DNA of 64,000 nucleotides from Camelus dromedarius (Eukaryota), in contig NC_087436.1 in NCBI RefSeq assembly GCF_036321535.1, positions 94,986,001 through 95,050,000 of the forward strand, in the 5' to 3' direction. The notes beneath the pieces were generated by a model. That model worked only from the letters and a program-made list of their open reading frames with translations. It was not told where the DNA came from and did not search any database. Positions 26,301 to 40,400 of this stretch are shown here, piece by piece (the first letter of the stretch is position 1; every line of letters starts with the position of its first letter). The translations under genes were made by a program, and so were the position numbers.

Positions 26301-29300
26301 TTTCCTGGAGCTTATTTGGGGGGAAGAGGTAGACAGACTACAAACAAATGTGTTAGATGCTATGAAGAAACAGGAAGCAGAGTAAGGAGAAAGTGGAAAG
26401 CAGAAGATTAGAAAGTGATGGGCAAGAGGTTGCTCCTGAATGGTCATGGAAATCCTCTTTGGTAAACTGACATTTGAGAGGTGGTCTGAGTGAAGAATTT
26501 CTGCCAGGCATTCTGATATCAGGGTGCAGAGCCTCCCAGTGAGACGGAACAGCTAATGCAATGTCAGATGAACAGGGAGGCCAATGAGGCTGGAACAGAA
26601 GGAGGGAGGGGAGAAGTAGAATGAGCTGAGACCAGAGAGGTAGCCAGAAGTCAGAAGTATTGTCAGGGGACAGCAGACTATTAGGACCAGCAATTCAGAG
26701 GAAGTAGATACATTATACTTAGAAATAATACATACACAAAAGCTTCTAGCACAATACCTGACACTGAGTAGGCACTGTGTATGGTGTCTGTCGCTGTTAC
26801 TGTTACTCTGGGTAACAACTACTGCAAGAAGGGCACAAAGAATTCTCAGATACTCTTGAGCCAGATTTCCCCAACCTGTATCTTTTACATTTGCTTTCTA
26901 TGCATGTGTATATGTATGTAGGAGGTTTTTCTGAGCTGTTTAACAGTCAGTTGCAGAAATGATGCCCTTGTACCCGTAAATACTGTGGTGTATCTTCTTC
27001 AAAACAAGAAATCCTCTCACAAAACCATAATATAACCATCAAAATCTGGAAATCAACATTTATACTATACTGTTATCTAATCTACAGGCCTTGTTTGGAT
27101 TCTGTCATTTGTCCCAACTGTGTCCTTAACAGCAGAAGACAATCTAAGATGATGTTTTATAATAGCTGTCATGCCTCCTTAGTCTCTTTAATCTGAGACA
27201 ATTCCCCAGTCTCTTTTGCATTTCTTGATATTAACATTTTGGAATACTTCACACAAGTTCTTTTGAAGGATGTCTCTCAACGTGAATTGGTCTTTTCCTC
27301 ATGGTGAAGTCTGGATTATACACTTTTGGCAAGAACACCACAGATGTGCAGCTGAGTTCTCAGGGCATCATAAGAAGCACAGGCTGCTGATTAGTCTCAT
27401 TACTGACGACACGAACTTTGATTATTTAGTTAAGGTGCTGTGTGCCAGATCTCTCCACTGTAAAGATACCATTTTATGTTTTGTAACTAATAAACAAGCA
27501 GCTGGGAGATAATTTGAGACTAAAAATCCTGTCCTCAAACTTTTACCTACCAGCCTTAACATCCGTTGATGATTCTTGACTGAATTGGTTATTAATATGG
27601 TGACTGCCAAATGATGATTTTTCTAATCCCATCCTTGCTTCTATGTTTTAATCAGTTAGCATTCCCCTATTTATAATCTTTTATTATCATTCTTTACTTT
27701 GATGCTGAAATTATCTCTGGTTTGGACAGTGGGAGCCCCTACACACTGTCTCCTGTGTCTCTTGACCTGTCTCCATCATTCTTTGAGCGCTACCTTACTT
27801 TCTGGAATAACAAGATGTTCTAGGCTTATCTGGTACTTTTCCGACTCCAGTGCTAGAACCAGCTGCTTCTCCCAGGAGCTCTCTGGCCATATTTATTACT
27901 AATTTATATTCATTTTTTCCTGTTCCTTCAAATAAAAGATTACTTAATACCTTTTGTTGAATCCATTCCTCCAACTGCAAACAATGTACCGACAGTTGAC
28001 TTCCTAGGTTTTGTCCGAGGACTCTGTAACATGGGCCGTCTCTCTGGTAATAAGTGATACTTCATTGCTTCCATAATGAGCTTCTGACATTCTATATCAT
28101 CTCGAAAAAGTGCATTATTTTCCATGTCTGCCAAGAACTAGAAAAGAATAGTGAGTATATATACTGAATGACCGTGAAAATTGTAAGGTTAAAAGAATAA
28201 GCTAGTCCCAAATGGAAATGATCTCCTTTAAAAATATCCAAGTCTGGACATCTATTTTTAACTAAAAAAAAATGCAACATTTACATTTTACATTTCAAAA
28301 CAAAAACTGAGGAAGGTAAGTGGTACTTTAAGATCTTAATAGTGCTTATCTCTCGGTAGTGGGGAAATGGCTTTTTCGATAACCTTTTCTTAGTACTTTT
28401 CTATATTTTCCAAAGTAAATGATTTTCCTTTTAAAATTTGAAATAGTTTTAACTGAAGAATAATTATAAGTAGGAGTTGACTAATTAGACTGCATTTATC
28501 TGACCTCTCTAAACAATGTTCAGCCAGCAACAACAGCAAAAACAAAACTTCCCAATTTTTTGAAGGGCAAAGAACTTCAAATGGTGATTATTCTAAAAGA
28601 ATTAAAATCCTTGTGCTTCACTGAATTCTATTTTTTTACTTATGTAATTTTATATAAATTTGTAAATATAATTACAACTGCCTTTTAAAAATGTATTTCT
28701 TTTCCTTTTGTGCTTGATTCTCCATTCCCCTATCTCTTTATTGCCTTATTTCTTTTATTAAGGCTATTGATCCATGTGAAACTAATTTTTAAAAAGAGTA
28801 TGAGTTGAGGAATATTTTTTTCTTCTTCCAGATGGATAGCTTGTTCTGTACCAGGGCCATTTACTAAATAATTTCCTCCATGTCCAACTGAATTGAACCT
28901 TGGTCATAACTAGATCTCTAGATGTCTGAGATCCCTTTTTCGGGGGGGGGGGTGCGGATTCTCTACTCTGTTCCATTAGTCTATTTGTCTTTTTCTTTTC
29001 TAATACTATGTTTTATTACAGTGTCTTTATAGCATATTCTGTTTTTATGATATAAATCTACCCTCACTGTTTATTTTCATAGTTTTCTTGGCTATTTTTG
29101 AGATTTTACTTTTCACATAAAGTAAAGATTAATTTATCTAATTCCCCTTCACCATCTTGATCCTGTTGGAATTCTAACACATTAGAACTACATTAAACTT
29201 ATTTATTATTTTGGGAAAATTTACATTTTTATGATTTAAGTCTTTCTGTTCAAGAAGCTTTTCTATTTGTTTATAGCTTTCTTTATATAGGTATCTGCCT

Positions 29301-32300
29301 TTCTTTTATTAAATATATTTGTACAAATTTTATTATTTTTGTTGTTATTGGGAGTGGATTTTTGAATTTCCATTTTGCATATATTTTGCTGGAGGAGAGA
29401 AAACTCTACTGATTATTGTACACTTCTATTATAACCTACTACTATACCACATTCCTTTATAAAACTCTAGCTATTAGGCACCCAATCATAATAATCACCA
29501 AACAGGGATAGTTACATCTTTTTCTAATGTATGTGCCAATTATTTCATTTTTATTTTATCATTGCAATTGCTAAATCTTCAAAGCAATGTTAAATAATCA
29601 GGTGATATCGAATATCCATTTTTCTGTTTTAAACTGACATGGTTTTAGTGTTTCATTATTTAGGATAATAGTTAATATAGCATTTAGTAATTTATCTTTA
29701 TTATACATAGGTTGCTTTCTTCTCTATTTTACTTTAGACCTCTAAAATTAAGAATGGTTGCTTATTTTTTCTAAATATCTTTTATCCATATATTGATATG
29801 ATCATACATGGCTTTTTCTCCCTTAAGTTATTGATATAATTACCTTGACAGATTTCCTAATACTCCATCATTCTTATATTCCTGGAAAAAGACCTTCCTG
29901 GTCATAGTGTATTATCCTTTTGAAACACTGCAGGATTGTATTTGATAATATAAGGTATATTTTATACATCATATAATTCACCATTGAGGTATACAATTCA
30001 ATGATTTTTAGTAAATTTACCAAGTTGTGCAACCATTACCATAAAACAGTTTTGGAACATTTTCATCGCCCCAATTAGATTCTACATGCCTGTTTACTGT
30101 TAATCTCAGTTCCCATCTTCTATTCCAAGTGCTAATCTGTCTCTATAGATTTGCCTTTTTCAGATGTTTTATGTAAGTTGAATCATACAATATGTGGTCT
30201 CTTGTGTCTTGTTTTTTTCATTTAGGATGTTTTTGAGGTTCATCCATGTGTATCATTTCTTTTTATTGTTGAATAATAATTCATTGTATGGATTCACTAC
30301 ATTTTGTCTATCCACTCACCAGCTGACGGACATTCATGTTGTTTCCAGTTTTGGGCTATTATGAATAAAGCTGCTAAGAACATTTGTGTGCATGTCTTTG
30401 TGTTGGATATCTATTTTCATTTCTCTTGGGTAGATTCCTAGGAGTAGAATTGCTGCAGCATATGGTAAATTTGTATTCAATTTTTAAGAAACTGCCAAAC
30501 TGTTTTCCAAGGTGGCTGCACTATTTTATATTCACTCAAGCAGTATATGAGGGTTCCCGTTTCTTCACATTCTCACCCTAGTTATTACTACTTTTTTAGC
30601 CACTTGAGTGGGTGGGAAATGGAATTTTACTTTGCTTTTCCTTAATGGTTAATAATGTTGAGAATATGTCCATATTTTGATAATAGAAAAGAAGGAAGAG
30701 TCTCTAACAAAAGTCACTGTAATAGCTTGCAGCACTTGGAAACCAAGAACAGCATGCTAAAGGCAAAAAAGCCAAATTAAGACATAAGTCTCAAGACCTA
30801 TGCCAGAGTATAAATTCTGGTATTAATTATTCCATATTCTGTGCACACAAAATATAGTTATACTTGCTAGAGAAATCATTAATGAATATGCATTGAGTTG
30901 GCTCATTTAGATTAATCTTAGTGTTTATATTACTTTCATTATATAGACGTAATTGTTTTAGTCCTTTCTAAATAAAAATAAATGTGAAAAAACTATAGAA
31001 AGTAAAGCTTTAGAAGACTTAATAGTGACTGCAATATGAAATAAAATATATTTCTCAGCATGCTGGACAATGTCTATCATTTATGAATAATAGGATTAAT
31101 TATATTGAAGTAGAGAAAGGAAAGTAATGGAAGAAAATATGAATCCATTAATCCAAGGGTCCAATTAATCAAATGGAAGGCACCAGATATCTGGAAAATC
31201 ATTCAGAAGGCACAGAGAGAGGATTACAAAATAGAAACTCTCGTATACTCTGCATTTAGGTGAATACTATGTAACTTCTCTGCCATAAGAGAATGGCAAA
31301 TTATTAAAATGGGAGCATTTAGAAAATAGAAGAAACATTTTCAATTTGTAAATTTTTATCTTCACTCACATACTTGTTCACCATATGACTATTCTCTAAA
31401 ACTGTCCCCCCTACTACTCAGAGTGAAAAATAGACTGTGAATGATTTATGAGCTCTATAGGCTTTAAAAAATGTTTTGGTATCCAAAACTTATATATTAA
31501 AAGAATGCTAAAGGTAAATACTGACATTTTATATTTCTGAATTTTAGTCAAAAACAGTAATGAGAATTGAGAACAGGAAGACCAAGATACCTGTAATACA
31601 GGCTAACCACTGGGAACATTGAGAATTTAGGTGTCAAACTCTTTAAAATAATGTCCTAATACAGTTGACCCTTGAACAGTATTGGTTTGAACTACACCAG
31701 TTGGCCTATACATGTATATTTTTCAATAGTAATACTACAGTTTAACACAGTCTGTGGTGGGTTGAATCCACAGCTGTGGGGGAACCTCAGAAATGCAGGG
31801 CAGACTATAAGTTATACATAGATTAATCCCCATGCTGTTCAAGGGTCTCCTGTATTTCTATCCACATTATTTAAAATGTGATCAAACAGAAAAGTCCAGA
31901 AACTTTCAAAGGTAAAATAAAACCACACACATTTGTCTTCTGGATTATTCGGTTTTTTAAAAAGCCACACTGAAATGATCATTTGGTAGAGGATTAAAAT
32001 TATATATATTATTTCCTACATCATTTTAAGGACACACGACCATAAACTTACTAATGTTTAAGTTGAACCCCTTCTAGCTAGGTTAAATAGAATGTTTCAT
32101 ATCAACAGAGAAGAGTAAGACCTCATTGAGAAAGGAACTATTTCACAAAAGTAAATTCTTTAAGTAACTGGACCCAATGGCAATTAAAAAAAAATCAGTC
32201 ATTTGTTTGATAGGCATTAGACATTTTTTGTTTTCATCTTTTTGTTTTAATTTTTATTGAGATATATTTGACATGTAACATGTTAGTTTCATGTGTACAA

Positions 32301-34429
32301 CATAATGATGTGATATATGTATATACTGCAAAATGATCACCACAGTAAGGCTAGTTAACATCTACCCCTGCACAGTTACAATTTTTTTAAGAAGTTTTAA
32401 GATCTACTCTCTTAGCTACTTCATCATTTTCCTATCTTTTAAAATAAAACTTTCAGAATATAATCCAACATTTTCTTGATGATTTTAGTCTACTTCAAAG
32501 CTTTATGACTTGACAACTCCTTTCTGCAAACTTGCCCTTTACTTTTAGTAAGGAAAAAAACAAAAACAAAAACCCCTCTACTATTTCTAAATGTCACAAT
32601 GGTGCAAACAGTATTATCACTGTAAAAAAGAAAAATTGCTCAAAAAGGTGTTATTAACTTGTTTACATTATACAGGGCAATGTGGCTTCCAGCATTGCTA
32701 CTCATCAGGCTTGAACAGTGGTTCTCAAACTCGAGTGTGCGTTAGATGCACCTGAGGGCTTTTTAAAACACAGTTTGCCAGGCCCATCCCCAGAGTTTCA
32801 GATGCAGTAGGTGTAGAGTGGTGGCCTAATTATTTGGATTTTAAACAGTTTCCCACATAGTGATGATCCTACAGCTAGGATGGCACTTTGGAAGCCACTG
32901 GGCTAATCCAGTGGATTATTTTGTGTCTTTATCTTGTCTTCTCTGTAGCATCCCATGATGTTAAAATTTCTTCCTTCGGCAGATTTGGGAACTACCGATA
33001 AATATTCGTATTTCCTAGGTTTCCAACCCTATGCTTTTGTGTTCTCTTTGGTTGATGTCACTCTCTTCCCCTTGGCTTCAACAACCTAAAGAAGTAGTTT
33101 TCAAAACTTCTCCTTAGAATTTAAGAAGATTAAAGGTGTCAAGAAGCTCTGGGAACAAGGTTCCATCCTCAGCTTCTTTCCCCACCTTCAAAAATCAGCT
33201 CTTCATTCTGTATTCTGTCTTAGATAACAGCACCTTTATTAACTTAGTTGTACAAATCAGAATTCTTCTTGACCCTTCATTTTCCAACTCCCCATCATTC
33301 ACATGGTCATTAAGTTGCATCAGTTCTACCTCCTAAGCAGCTTTTGACCCTGGTAGTTAATTTCTTTACCTCTACTGCCAGAGAGTGCTTAATTCACTTG
33401 TCTGAATCCAACAGACTTCCTAATGGATTTCTATTTTGACCTCTCCAATCCATCCTCTGCAATGCAGTCATAGGAGCTTTCTAAAATAAAGGGCTAATAA
33501 TGCCATTCCCTATTTAAAATCCTTTAGTGCTTTCTCATTGCTTTTAGGATAAAATCTAAACCCTGTGGCATGACTAGCGATTCTTCGTGATCTGCTTCCC
33601 TCTCCAGCCTCATCTCCCAACACTGCCCTTTTATTTCTGCACTCTAGCCATGCAAGCTATCTTCAAATTCCAGAACACAATATATTTGCTCATGACTTCA
33701 TAACTAGGTACAATCTCCCACTTGCCTGAGCTATCATGCCCCTTCCTTTGGTAGCTAACTAAGGATGCAGATTGACACTTCAGAGATTCTCCAGCTTCCC
33801 CATGATCAGTCTGGGTGGGCTACTCCAATTATTTTCATAATGTCATGTTTATATATCTATCATAGCCTTCATCCTAGCAATTTTACACAAAGTACATTCA
33901 AGAGGCAGAACAGTTCAGTAGAAAAGGCACAGAACTTTATTTGGGTTCAAGTTCTACCTGTGACTCTTATTAGCTCTAATCTATGATGTTAGCCAAGCAG
34001 CAAAGGCAAATAAAACTACAGTGCAGAAGGACAGGGATTTATGCAATCACTTTGTAATCTCAAACATACAGTTTTACTTTCTTGTTCTGTTACTTCATTT
34101 GTACAACAGGTGTTAGACCAAATGATCTCCAAAGTGCCTTTCAACTATGGCTATGATTATCAGCAGTATCCTGGATAAAAGAAATTTTAAAGGTCTCTGA
34201 GAGTCATGCAAATATAGTATCATAAATATTTGAAACTGCAGGACTAAAGTAAATTGTCAGGTTACTCAATTGCACAGATTCTTTTAAAAGTCTATTAGGA
34301 TTTTTCAGATTTTATTTTCTTTCTCGTAGAAAAGGGTAAGAAAAACATTCTGTTAGGTACCAGTAAAAACAGCTCTCTCTTTAAATCTGATTTCAAGAGA
34401 AATGCTTTTTAAAAAAAAATATATGTATA

Positions 34430-34488
<59 letters not shown>

Positions 34489-37400
34489 TCAGATTCTTTT
34501 CCATTACAACTTATTATAAGACACTAAATATAGTTCCCTGTGCTATACAGTAGGTACTTGTTGTTTATCTATTTTATATATAGTAATATGTATCTTTTAA
34601 TCCCAAACCCTTAATCTATCCCTGCCCCCGACCCTTCCCCTCTGGTAACCACAGTTTGTTTCCTATGTCTGTGAGACTAAGGAGAAATGTTTTCTGATGT
34701 TATTTTTCCTGAATTGTTATCAATTCATGCAGTTTCACTTCTACGAATTCATAAAATATTTTTTACTCTGAAGAGGGAGATCTTTCTTATAAAAGCATCA
34801 GCACTGATTTTTGTTTCTGTACGGTAGAGAGCAAACAGTAACTTTTGCTCACAACAACTTGAAATAATACATAATCCTCAAGATGAATACAAATAAAAGG
34901 AAGCTCACGGCATTTTAAACAACAACAAAATGTGATCTTGAACAGTAACAGCTCATTCTTTCTCTACTTTCAAGGACTCTATTTAAGGCCTCAAAATAAG
35001 CAGCAAAGTATGCAGAGGACATTTTTGTTTATTCTAGCTGAAATTATTAAAAGGGGAAACTATGCATGTAAATATGTGATGACTGATTGCCTTGACTATA
35101 CCAACCAAATATCTCTCAATTCTAAAAATAATAATAATCATACTATTATTATTTATAGCATATTTTACTTCACAGAACATTTTTCTGATCCTCATAAAAA
35201 TCCTGTCAGATATAAAGGATGTTATCTCCTCTTGACAGATGAAGAAACCGAGGTATGTGAACATGTCAAATCACAGTTTTAAAACATCAGAGCTAGAACT
35301 GTTACCATGTCTCATTAACTTATATATCACCAGAATCCAGCATTTAGTGGATACTTAATCAATGTGTGGCAAATGAATTAATCTAAATTTCCTGGTTCCT
35401 GGAGTCCAGTGTTCCTTTCATTAGCAGCTTTATTAATTCTTCAATTGCCAGGATAGGTTTATAGCTGAGTCAAATAAAATTACTAACCCCAAAGCAACAA
35501 TGTTACTTAATGGATGCAATTTAGGTAGTCAGACCTTCTGGGCTGAGAACATAAACAGATCTTTTTTCAGCTCACTATCTTTTCACCTTAACATTTCATA
35601 GGCATATACGTAAAATAACCTTATTGAATAGAAGAGTTAAAGGAAAAAACCTACAGACAAGCTCATGTTAATGTAATTAGCATAAAGGGACTACAATAGT
35701 CCTTCAGTATTCTGGGGAGGGGGGATCGGTTCCAGGACCTCTGCGGATACCAACATCTCAAGTCCCTGATATAAAACAGTGTAGTATTTGCATATTAGCT
35801 CTGAACAGCCTCCTGTACACTTTAAATCATCTCTAGATTACTTACAATATCTAATACAAGGCATATGCTATGTAAACAGTGGTAAATGCAATGTAAATAT
35901 TATGTAAATAGTTGCCGGCATGGGACAAATTCAAATTTTGCATTTTGGAATTTTCTAGAAATTAAAAAAATTTTTTTTTTGTAATACATGCTTTGTTGAA
36001 CCCAGGATGCAGAGCCTGTGGATGCAAAGCCTGAGAATGTGGAAGGCTGACTACTCAAAGTCACAACAACTACTGTTGTTGAAGTTATGACACTGATTTT
36101 AAATGATTAAAAATTGTTTACCTGTGGTGCAAGAAGAGGTAGCCTAATATAAGCCAAAAGTTTACTGAGATCTTTCTGTCTCTGTTCCAGATCATGACGG
36201 ACCCAAGTAAGAAGTGCATTCAATATTGTCTCCTCATTAGGAATGTTCATGTCATCACTTGCTAAGAGTTTTGCAATTTCACTGGCTGGTAATAATACAA
36301 ATTCCTGGTTTCGAATTACTTCCATGAAATGTTCCTAGAGGGGAAAAAGAGCATACAAACCATATTGTTTCTTTTGTCCATCACAATTTACTTAAAAGAA
36401 ATGAAACACTTTTGAATTAGATACCAAAAAAGTTTATACTTTAGCTCTTCCTAGTATTATTGCTTGCTAGGAAAGAAACCTTAGAAAATAACATTTAAAC
36501 TGTAATTATGTTGTTAAAATTCTTATTTCTATTTAAGTAGAATTAAAGTGTTATATTATTTATTACAATTTTAAAAATAAATTTGGGACTTTAGGTATCA
36601 CTTTGCTCAAGTTAGGGAGTAGTTTTGGCAAGTTTTTCAAAGGAAAATAGGAAAAATGAAATAGACACTGAGATGTATGATACTCTAACATCAAAAGTAG
36701 GTTGAGATTTGTGGTTGCCGAAGAATCTGGCCAACAGGGAAGCCAAATACCTGAGTGAGCATGAAGTCATTTCTCTTACCCAGAAATGGCCTCCAGGGTG
36801 GCTAAATTTCCCAAGGCCATTCTGGGCCACAAGTGTCCTTAGGGATATCCTAGAACCAGACTGGCCTTTAAAAGTGTTTTAATGTTATTTATAAGACCAC
36901 CAAGGATTTTAGGTCTGATTTGAAAACTTCAATCTCTTTTAACCAGATTTACATACAAAATTTTTTTGGTCTCATAGCAAAAAGAGCCAAAATAAAAATG
37001 TTGACCTAGAATGCACTGGGACTACAGGACTTTAGACTAAAGATGACTCAGTTCTGGCCACATTCTAGAATCAGGCCCTCTATAATTTGAAATGGAAGAT
37101 AAAAATGCCCTTAGGTGTGAGGTAATAACTTTTACTAGGCTATTATGCTAAACAATCTAAAAAGAAGGGAAATACTCTTTGGTGTGCAAGGTTACAAATG
37201 TTAACGCATGAGTTGTTTACATAGTTATGACATAAAAGCAAATGCTAGATGTATTGTCCCTTAATGTTTTTCTTATGCTTCATAAGGCACTGTGGCTAGC
37301 TCAACACACAGAGTTTTAGTAAAAAAGGTAAGGCTGTTTAAATTAGAGCTGTTTAAAAATAGCTAAAGCTACTTAAATTAGAGCTAGAGATAAGGACTAT

Positions 37401-40400
37401 CAATAATTATCTTCTATATTAAAATGAGTATTATATTTTTCACATAGCCTCCAGTAACCCAAGTTAGGTACTAATCTAAAATTTATCTTGGGTTGACATT
37501 TCATTCCTTTTCTAGAAATTCTTAAGAGGAAAACCATACATGAATAATTAACTAAATTCAATTGCTTCAATTCATCATGATTTGTTAAAGATGCCCAAAT
37601 GAATCTATTTTAAATGACTGATTATCATTTTTCAGAAATATATTTTAATAAAATCTCAGGGCTGGAATGGCTTCAAGCAAACTGTTCTACTCAATTGCAT
37701 ACTGACATTATAAAATGATTTGGTAACACAAAGCAAGAGCTATAAAAATGTTGAAGCTCCCAACCTAGTTATCCCATGAGTAGTCTAATCCTTAGCAAAT
37801 AATTCACAAGAGGGGGAAAGAAAGCTGATGCTTTTCTGATGGTGTCTCTCTGTATTATTATTTACAACAGTAAAAAATGGGAAATAGCCTAATGTCCAGC
37901 TCTACGGAGTTGTAACTCAATGGACTGTTATTTAGGCATTAAAATTTTCAAAGAAAAAGATTACATGGGTACATGGAAAGACATCTGTTACATAATCTTA
38001 GATGAGATTCTGAAGCAATCAAAATAATGTACATTTCTAACTGTTCTAGATTATAGTATACAGCACAGCCAACATTTATACAACACTGAAGTAACTACTG
38101 CCATATTTTTAAATGGTATTAATTGGATTTCATCAATGAGAAAAAGATTACATAAATTTTCATTTCATTAATAGTTTATTTGTTGATATATCTATTTCAG
38201 AACAATGCCCACTCCATTCTAGTATAATTCGTATTAAGTGACAATTGAGTTTTCAACACCTTGCGGAAATACTACTCAACAAGGTTAAACACAAAGTGCT
38301 TCTCAAAAGTATTAATTTGGTGTGAAGCAGGTATTTTAGCAAAATCCAATGTTTTTATAGGTTTTCTAGATGAAGAAACAAAATTTAAAATTGTAAAATC
38401 AAATGTTTATTTTATAAATCGATAACAATATTAAATATTTGTAATGCTATAACCAGTATTAAACTTTTTTTAGAGGATAAATTATGTATTCCAGGTCACA
38501 TTTACTGGCAATGAGAACAAGAACAAGTTTCCAGATTTCAGGATTACAAGAGGGAATTCCCCATCCTTTTCTACTTGTATTCACGCAGGATCAGTGAACA
38601 TCCCAAGTACACGCCCTATTTACTGATTGTGATAACTGATTTCACTCTATGGCATCGTGCTTACTTCATATTTTAACTCCACTTTATGATACAAACAGCT
38701 ATCATACTACCAAACACTTGCTAGCATTATGCTCTTTCTCCCTTTGGAATAGTTTTTAAGCAAATGAAATTACTGAGGGATTTATTTAAATTGAAGATTG
38801 AACTTTGCTATACATTTCATTCAGTTCCCATAGCAACAGTTCACATTACACAATCTGTCTCTAAATTACTTATTGTTACTAGAATTCAATTTCATGTCTC
38901 TGTTGAAACTGAATAATGTCAAATAATGGCCTTGAGAAAAAAAAAACTACCACAACTAATTGGCTATGAAAATAGCTTTATAAACATCAAGCTAATTTAA
39001 ATTTAATTTGTATCTAAGCCTTTAAGCAGCAATTGTGCCTCTACTGTAAACAACAGGAATGACCTAAATGCATACAAATGTTTTCATGTGGGTAAAACTC
39101 CTTTGTAGGAAAGAGATATTACTTAAATTATGAACTGATTACAAAGGAAAAAAAACCCAGCTTTAGTTTACTTATATTCATCTTAGTTCAAAAAGTTTTT
39201 GAACTTGAGGTGTAAAGGTTAAAACATGAAATCTACAAGGAAGGAGAAAGACGGAGGGAGAAAAGTATTTCAAAGAACTTAACTCAAAAGATGTTAACCT
39301 AGAACCACGCTAAGTCTGTATTGCCCAGTATTGCCCTGTTGCACACTCTGTTTTTTCACTTGAAGCACTTTGCAAATCATAAACAAGAAACATTTCTGAG
39401 AAGTGATGACACCACAGGGAGAATAATGAATCATAAAGGTTGTGCTTTTGTCTGAGTGCTTTTGCTCACCCACACAGATCCCTACTGTGCTGAATAGAGC
39501 AAATCTATGCAGTGATGGTGATGATATCATTACTGACTGGGTATATGATGTATCAATCAGTGTTTTAAGTGCTAAACTTCCATTAATGCATTTAATCCCC
39601 ACATCAAACTTATGAAGTAAGTAGAATTAATCTCCCCAATAGTTGTAAATACCTATTCTTACAATTTTTCCAAATCTCTGTTTTGCTAGTGAAATATTCC
39701 TAAAGTACTTGTCAATCCCTTCACATACAAAACAGTTCAATGGAAGGGCAGGGGATGGTAGAGAGGGTAGACCGCCCCTGAAAAAAAATCATCTAGAAGT
39801 TGACAAAGTCAGTAACGTGGATAATGATATATTCGTATGTCAATGTTATTGGAGGCATTTAAAGCAAAAGTCTTTCATCATTGCCCAGTTTTGAAGACCC
39901 ACATGTGGCAAGATGGTCATCCCTTAAAAATCCCCACGCATCCCTTCTCCAAACCCCACTACTCTTAAAATGGTGAGGCTGGTCCTAGCAGTATGCCCTC
40001 CACGTGCCCTTATTTTCTTGCTGTCCTAGATCAATCTGTAAATCATTATCCTCTAGGCTTCTGAATCAGAACCCCCTGCAATTTATTTTGAGTATGTCAT
40101 TTGCTACAATTAATATGAACATCTTTCTACATAGCTACAAACATTTTTTATCATGTAGTCAGACTTATCCTTAAGAAAAAGCCTCCCTTTCATCTCCTGT
40201 CTGCTGTACCGGTACTGCACCGATACACTACAGTCACTACCACCAACTTTCGTCAGTGAATATGTGGACAATTCTGAAATTCATCCATGTGCTACAGAGT
40301 AAAATGTTTGGGAGAAATCCGGCTTCAAAAAGGAGCAGATCTGAAAATCTTGACTGAATGGTCCTAGGCCACTGCTCAGCTTATTAGTGGCTGTGATAAT

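Noticed and set aside
28942..28952. Poly-G run as a G-quadruplex element
   Set aside because: It is an isolated homopolymer within a decayed L1 with no other support.
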